64,000 bases of DNA, from NCBI GenBank assembly GCA_041650755.1, contig JBAZKN010000001.1, positions 314,309-378,308 on the forward strand, in the 5' to 3' direction. The translations under genes were made by a program, and so were the position numbers. Positions within the stretch are counted from its first letter, which is position 1. Each line of letters starts with the position of its first letter. A model generated the notes under the pieces. That model ran no database searches. It was not told the DNA's origin and saw nothing but the letters and a program-made list of their open reading frames with translations. The DNA comes from Patescibacteria group bacterium (GTDB taxonomy: Bacteria; Patescibacteriota; Patescibacteriia; UBA1558; GWA2-36-10). Below, one piece after another: positions 59,601 to 64,000 of this stretch.

Positions 59601-59867
59601 TTAATTGCTGACTATGCTTGATTTGGCTACGATACCATATAGTTTGTTGAGGCGCTTGGTCAGATCAGCAATCTGCTTACTGGTGCCCTGGATAGCTACC
59701 ACGATTAATCCGGTGCAATGAGCAATGCAAGCCGGCTGAACATTGACGCCCAAGCGAGCCATGATAATGTGACCAGCATCAGTCAAAAGCTGGTTGACAT
59801 CCTTAGCGTGCATCTGTCTGTCTTTGATCAAAATTGTAATTGTGCCCAATTGTTTTTTACTTGTCAT
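59601..59867 (-). CDS. small ACT/ferredoxin-like fold protein (TM1266-like family suspected)
   Basis: 88 aa with an alternating beta-alpha-beta pattern (ITILIKDR..GHIIMARLGV..GLIVVAIQG). Confidence 0.35.
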   Translation of the reverse strand: MTSKKQLGTITILIKDRQMHAKDVNQLLTDAGHIIMARLGVNVQPACIAHCTGLIVVAIQGTSKQIADLTKRLNKLYGIVAKSSIVSN

Positions 59868-59899
59868 AATGATTAGTTAAAAGTCTGCAAGTTATAAAG

Positions 59900-60571
59900 T
59901 TATTTTTTATCAACTATTACTACGAATTCGCCTTTGAGTTGGCTTCTATCTTTATTTAATTTAGCTAAAATTTCTTTGGCTGTACCGCGATAAATAGTCT
60001 CAAACTGTTTGGTTAGTTCGCGACCGATAATTAAATGCTTGGAACAGTCGGACAATTGCTCTAAAGTTTTTAAAATACGGTGCACAGACTCAAAAAAAAT
60101 CGCCGGTTGTTTGGCCGCTTTAATTTCGTTAATCAATGTCTGCCGACCCTTTTTGTGGGGCAGGAATCCATAAAAAACAAAATTATCCAAAGCCACACCA
60201 GCCACGCTGATAATAGCCGCCAAAGCCGACGGCCCGGGCACAGGCACGATTTTGACTGTCGGCAATTCGGCTAAAATCAATTCTACCAATCTGCCGCCCG
60301 GATCGCTAATGCCGGGCGTGCCGGCATCAGACACCAGAGCTAGATCTTTGCCTGCTTGCAATAATTTCTTGATCGTCTGCCAATCAGACAATTTACTGTG
60401 CTGCTGCCAGGTCAATAGTTTTTTTTCTATTCTATAAAAGGCTAGTAGCTTAGCCGTCACTCTTTTATCTTCAGCTAAAACTAAATCTACCTCTTTTAAA
60501 ATCCGCAAAGCTCGCAAAGTCAAATCTTCCAAATTACCTATCGGTGTAGCAATGATATATAGTGCGGCCAT
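59900..60571 (-). CDS. rsmI: 16S rRNA (cytidine1402-2'-O)-methyltransferase
   Basis: 223 aa. Tetrapyrrole-methylase fold. N-terminus LYIIATPIGNLEDLTLRA. Confidence 0.88.
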   Translation of the reverse strand: MAALYIIATPIGNLEDLTLRALRILKEVDLVLAEDKRVTAKLLAFYRIEKKLLTWQQHSKLSDWQTIKKLLQAGKDLALVSDAGTPGISDPGGRLVELILAELPTVKIVPVPGPSALAAIISVAGVALDNFVFYGFLPHKKGRQTLINEIKAAKQPAIFFESVHRILKTLEQLSDCSKHLIIGRELTKQFETIYRGTAKEILAKLNKDRSQLKGEFVVIVDKK

Positions 60572-61606
60572 CTATTCAGCGGAATTATCATTACGATTTA
60601 ATAAAAACATGTCCATATAGACACTCAAAGCTGAAGTTATTGGTATAGCCAGTAAAGCACCGATAATGCCGCCTAAACGAGCACCAGCCAAAACCGCCAA
60701 AATAACTATAATGGGATTTAGGCCAGTACTTTTGCCCATGACCTTGGGGACCAATAATTGATTCTCTAGTTGCTGAATAGCAAAATACAACAGAGCCACC
60801 CAAAGCGCCTTCATCGGGCTATCCATAAAAGCAAAGAATACTCCTAAAATAGCCGCTATCCAAGGACCCAGGAAAGGGATAATTTCTAAAATGCCTGCTA
60901 AAATTGCCAGTAGCAGAGCATACTTTACGTGAAGAATACTAAGGCCAATGTAAACTGCGATAAAAATCGCCAGAGAAAGCACTATCTGACCCCTAAACCA
61001 ATAACCAATGCGCTGTTGAATGCCATCAACTAACTTGCCGACTTGCGATCGACGGCTAGGAGCGGCTAGCTGACAAATAAATTTTTTCAGTCTATCCTCC
61101 TCGGCCGTCAGATAAAAAGTCATCACCAGCACCGAGAAAAAACCAACTATGCCACCAAACAGTGAGCTGACAAAACCAAAAATACCAGAAGTAGCCGAAG
61201 TCAGCCAGCGCGTCACCTCGCCCAAACTAAATGAACCTATGGCCGGATTGGTCAGACCGCCAGCGTTCTGAAAATTCTGCAGCACATGGTTGATACTATA
61301 ATAAAAGCTGGGAAATGCCCGGGCAATATCCTTGATCTGTTCGATGATCGGTCCGGTCAACAGATAAATAACCCCGCCAACTATAAAAATAAAAAGCACA
61401 TAAACGCAAATAATGCTTAGGCTGCGGGGTATTTTTTTATTATCCAGCCAATCTATCCAAGGGTCAAAGGCCGCAGCCAGAATAATAGCCACGAAAAATA
61501 GAGCCAAGACATCCCTAATGATAAAAATAAAGGCTAAAATCAAAATCCATAGGACTATTCTGCCAATAGTGCCGTTGGAAATGCTGTTTGATTTATCGTT
61601 GGGCAT
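60572..61606 (-). CDS. AI-2E family transporter (PerM/YdiK-like)
   Basis: 344 aa with 8 transmembrane helices. Conserved C-terminal GLNPIIVILAVLAGARLGGIIGALLAIP. Confidence 0.85.
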   Translation of the reverse strand: MPNDKSNSISNGTIGRIVLWILILAFIFIIRDVLALFFVAIILAAAFDPWIDWLDNKKIPRSLSIICVYVLFIFIVGGVIYLLTGPIIEQIKDIARAFPSFYYSINHVLQNFQNAGGLTNPAIGSFSLGEVTRWLTSATSGIFGFVSSLFGGIVGFFSVLVMTFYLTAEEDRLKKFICQLAAPSRRSQVGKLVDGIQQRIGYWFRGQIVLSLAIFIAVYIGLSILHVKYALLLAILAGILEIIPFLGPWIAAILGVFFAFMDSPMKALWVALLYFAIQQLENQLLVPKVMGKSTGLNPIIVILAVLAGARLGGIIGALLAIPITSALSVYMDMFLLNRNDNSAE

Positions 61607-61628
61607 AAAATTTGTTAATTAATAATTT

Positions 61629-62894
61629 TTATTTTAATATTTTTAAAAATTCTTTACGCTGGGCAAAGGGCCCGATAATAGCCAAGTTGCTTTGCGGCCA
61701 TTTGACCAGTTCTTTGGCCAACTGATTGACTTGCGCCAGGGTGATCCTGTCTAGCTCGGCTAGAGTTTGCTTTAAATCTTTAATGCGCTGACCCCAAATT
61801 TCTTGAGCAGCCAAAAAATTAAGATAATTAGTAGCGCTCTCCAGACGCAAAATCAAATGCCCGCGAATATTGTCTTTAGCTTTTTTGAGTTCCACTGGAT
61901 CGACGCCCTTATTTTTTATCAAATCAAGTTCAGCTTTAATAGCTTGCAGAGCTTCATAAATTTTATCTTTATTTAAACCAGCGTGCACGGCAAAATAACC
62001 AGTATCCTCATAGCCATTAACTTCCGCTCGGATAAAATAACACAAACCCATGCGCTCCCTGATCTGTAAAAATAATCTCGAGCTCATCGTGCCACCTAAA
62101 ATATTACCCAGCACCTGCAAGGCCAAAAAACGCTTATCTGTACCCGGCACTCCGCGCCAGCCCAGCATCAGCTGCACTTGCTCCAAGTCTCTTTTGATGA
62201 GCTCAATAGCCGCCTTGTTTTGCCGCGTCTTGGGTATTGGCCTGATTGCCAATCGCTTGTGCCGAATGCGGCTGGGGAAAAATTTGTCTATCAGACGCAA
62301 TATTTTTGCTTCAGAAAAATTACCCGCCACCCCAATAACTGTGTTACCGCCATAATAATAGCGGCGATAATAATTATACAAAGCTTGGCGAGAAATAGTC
62401 TGGATGACTTGACGCGGCCCGGCAATCGGTCGGCCCAAAGCACTGCCGGTAAATAAAAGGTTCTCAAATACTTCATCAATAAACATGGCTGGATTATCCT
62501 CATACATATTGATTTCTTCAACGATCACTCCCCGCTCTCGATCCATCTCTTTTGCATCAAATTTCGAAGCATGCAGCATATCGGACAAAATATCAACTGC
62601 CAAAAAAGCATGACTATTATCAGCCATGACATAGTAGCCGGTATATTCTTTGCCGGTAAAAGCATTGTACTCGGCGCCCACGCTATCTAGCTCTTTAGCA
62701 ATGTCCACTGTATGGGGGCGCTTGTCTGTGCCCTTAAACATCAGATGCTCGATAAAATGAGAGACGCCATTGTTGGCTGGCACTTCTTGGCGGCTGCCTA
62801 TTTTGTATAAAATCTCCACAGTGATTGCCTGAGTATCTTTTTTGGGCACCAATAAAATAACGCTACCGTCGCGACGCAGTATCCTTTTAAACAT
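61629..62894 (-). CDS. M16-family zinc peptidase (pitrilysin-like)
   Basis: 421 aa. Inverted zinc-binding motif HFIEH followed by a downstream E. Confidence 0.85.
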   Translation of the reverse strand: MFKRILRRDGSVILLVPKKDTQAITVEILYKIGSRQEVPANNGVSHFIEHLMFKGTDKRPHTVDIAKELDSVGAEYNAFTGKEYTGYYVMADNSHAFLAVDILSDMLHASKFDAKEMDRERGVIVEEINMYEDNPAMFIDEVFENLLFTGSALGRPIAGPRQVIQTISRQALYNYYRRYYYGGNTVIGVAGNFSEAKILRLIDKFFPSRIRHKRLAIRPIPKTRQNKAAIELIKRDLEQVQLMLGWRGVPGTDKRFLALQVLGNILGGTMSSRLFLQIRERMGLCYFIRAEVNGYEDTGYFAVHAGLNKDKIYEALQAIKAELDLIKNKGVDPVELKKAKDNIRGHLILRLESATNYLNFLAAQEIWGQRIKDLKQTLAELDRITLAQVNQLAKELVKWPQSNLAIIGPFAQRKEFLKILK

Positions 62895-62905
62895 ACTTCA
62901 AAAAA

Positions 62906-64000
62906 CTAATTTTTAAATTTGTCATCAAAATAATCATTAAGCTCGGCAATTGACACCCGATCCTGTCGCATACTATCGCGATCACGCACAGTCACTTTTT
63001 TGTCCTCGGAACTTTCAAAATCTACTGTCACACAATAGGGCGTGCCGATCTCGTCCTGACGACGATAGCGACGCCCGATGGCTGCGGTCTCATCATATTG
63101 CAAACGATATTTGCTAGCCAAAGAAGTGAATATTTTCTTGGATACATCCACTAACGGCTCTTTTTTGGACAAAGGCAAAATGGCAATCTTGATTGGAGCC
63201 AATCTTTTGTCCAGATGCAAAATGGTCTCCACTTCTTTGGTGCTTTCAGTTGTAGTCGTGCGGCCACCCTCTATTTCTTCATAGGCATCAAGCAAAAAAG
63301 CCAGTGTAGCTCGATCTACTCCGCCGGAAGTCTCGATAATATGAGGAATAAACTTTTTGTCATGCTCATCTTTGACAGAAAAATCCTGCTGAGAAAATTC
63401 TTGGTGCCTGGACAAATCCCAGTTACCCCTATTATGGACGCCTTCCAACTCTTTGAAGCCATCCTTATCGGAAAAATCAAAGCGATATTCAATGTCTATG
63501 GCCTGCTTGGCATAATGGGCTAATTCATCTTTGGCATGCTCGCGCCAGCGTAGATTTTCCGGCTTGATGCCAAAATTTACATACCAATTAAAACGCGCCT
63601 TTTGCCACTCGGCAAAAACTTTCTTGCCAATTTTTTCCGTGATGAAATATTGCATTTCCATCTGCTCAAATTCGCGCATGCGGAAAATAAAATTTTTAGT
63701 CGTTATTTCGTTGCGGAAAGCTTTGCCGACCTGAGCAATACCAAAAGGCAGCCTTAATCTCATGGTGTCTTTGATGTTGAGAAAATTCAGATAAATTCCC
63801 TGACAAGTCTCGCCACGCAGATAAGCCTCTTCTTTTTCTTCCTCGACGACGCCCAGGCTGGTTTTCATTAATAAATTAAAGTTGCGCGGCGTGGTCAATG
63901 GCCCATCGCAATCCGGACAATTTATGTCTTTTATGCTGGTAGGCTGCTCTTTGGCGTAACCCGGCTCGGCTTTTTTGGCTTCCAACAAATGATCTGCTCG
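62906..64000 (-). CDS. glyQS: glycyl-tRNA synthetase (alpha2 type), N-terminus truncated by the window edge
   Basis: Class II core motifs (FRNEI.., MEMQYF) and a C-terminal anticodon-binding domain. The reading frame stays open upstream to the end of the window. Confidence 0.85.
   Translation of the reverse strand, partial: RADHLLEAKKAEPGYAKEQPTSIKDINCPDCDGPLTTPRNFNLLMKTSLGVVEEEKEEAYLRGETCQGIYLNFLNIKDTMRLRLPFGIAQVGKAFRNEITTKNFIFRMREFEQMEMQYFITEKIGKKVFAEWQKARFNWYVNFGIKPENLRWREHAKDELAHYAKQAIDIEYRFDFSDKDGFKELEGVHNRGNWDLSRHQEFSQQDFSVKDEHDKKFIPHIIETSGGVDRATLAFLLDAYEEIEGGRTTTTESTKEVETILHLDKRLAPIKIAILPLSKKEPLVDVSKKIFTSLASKYRLQYDETAAIGRRYRRQDEIGTPYCVTVDFESSEDKKVTVRDRDSMRQDRVSIAELNDYFDDKFKN

Overview
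AT-rich (roughly 40% GC), compact segment in which almost every gene lies on the minus strand. Its gene content looks like a Candidate Phyla Radiation / Patescibacteria-type bacterium. Translation uses the standard code: UGA acts as a stop, for example at nrdR. Recognisable housekeeping genes, in order: ndk, a CheY-like receiver, a split ComEC, prfB, htrA, nrdR, ftsZ-ftsA, dgkA, ybeY, rpsU-yqeY, hisS, lepB, an LCP-family protein, der, pth, the secE-nusG-rplK-rplA cluster, gyrB, pheST, a UvrD-like helicase-nuclease, a complete F1Fo ATP synthase operon (atpI-like, B, E, F, H, A, G, D, C), rmuC, tatD, cvpA, rsmI, an AI-2E permease, an M16 peptidase and a partial glyQS. Three kinds of feature stand out. 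(1) A cluster for a giant 2687-aa multidomain surface protein, flanked by a 539-aa paralog and two small calcium-binding-repeat membrane proteins. (2) Four short, strongly GC-rich (about 60%) coding cassettes, each with its own near-consensus promoter, AGGAGG ribosome-binding site and intrinsic terminator; one duplicates the neighbouring host gene. These are candidate horizontally acquired genes, but assembly chimerism or engineered insertion must be excluded. (3) Several structured non-coding elements: a roughly 215-nt GC-rich leader before a 27-codon basic ORF, a roughly 100-nt element present upstream of both rplK and atpA, and a 122-nt palindrome inside the atp operon. No rRNA, tRNA or CRISPR array was found.
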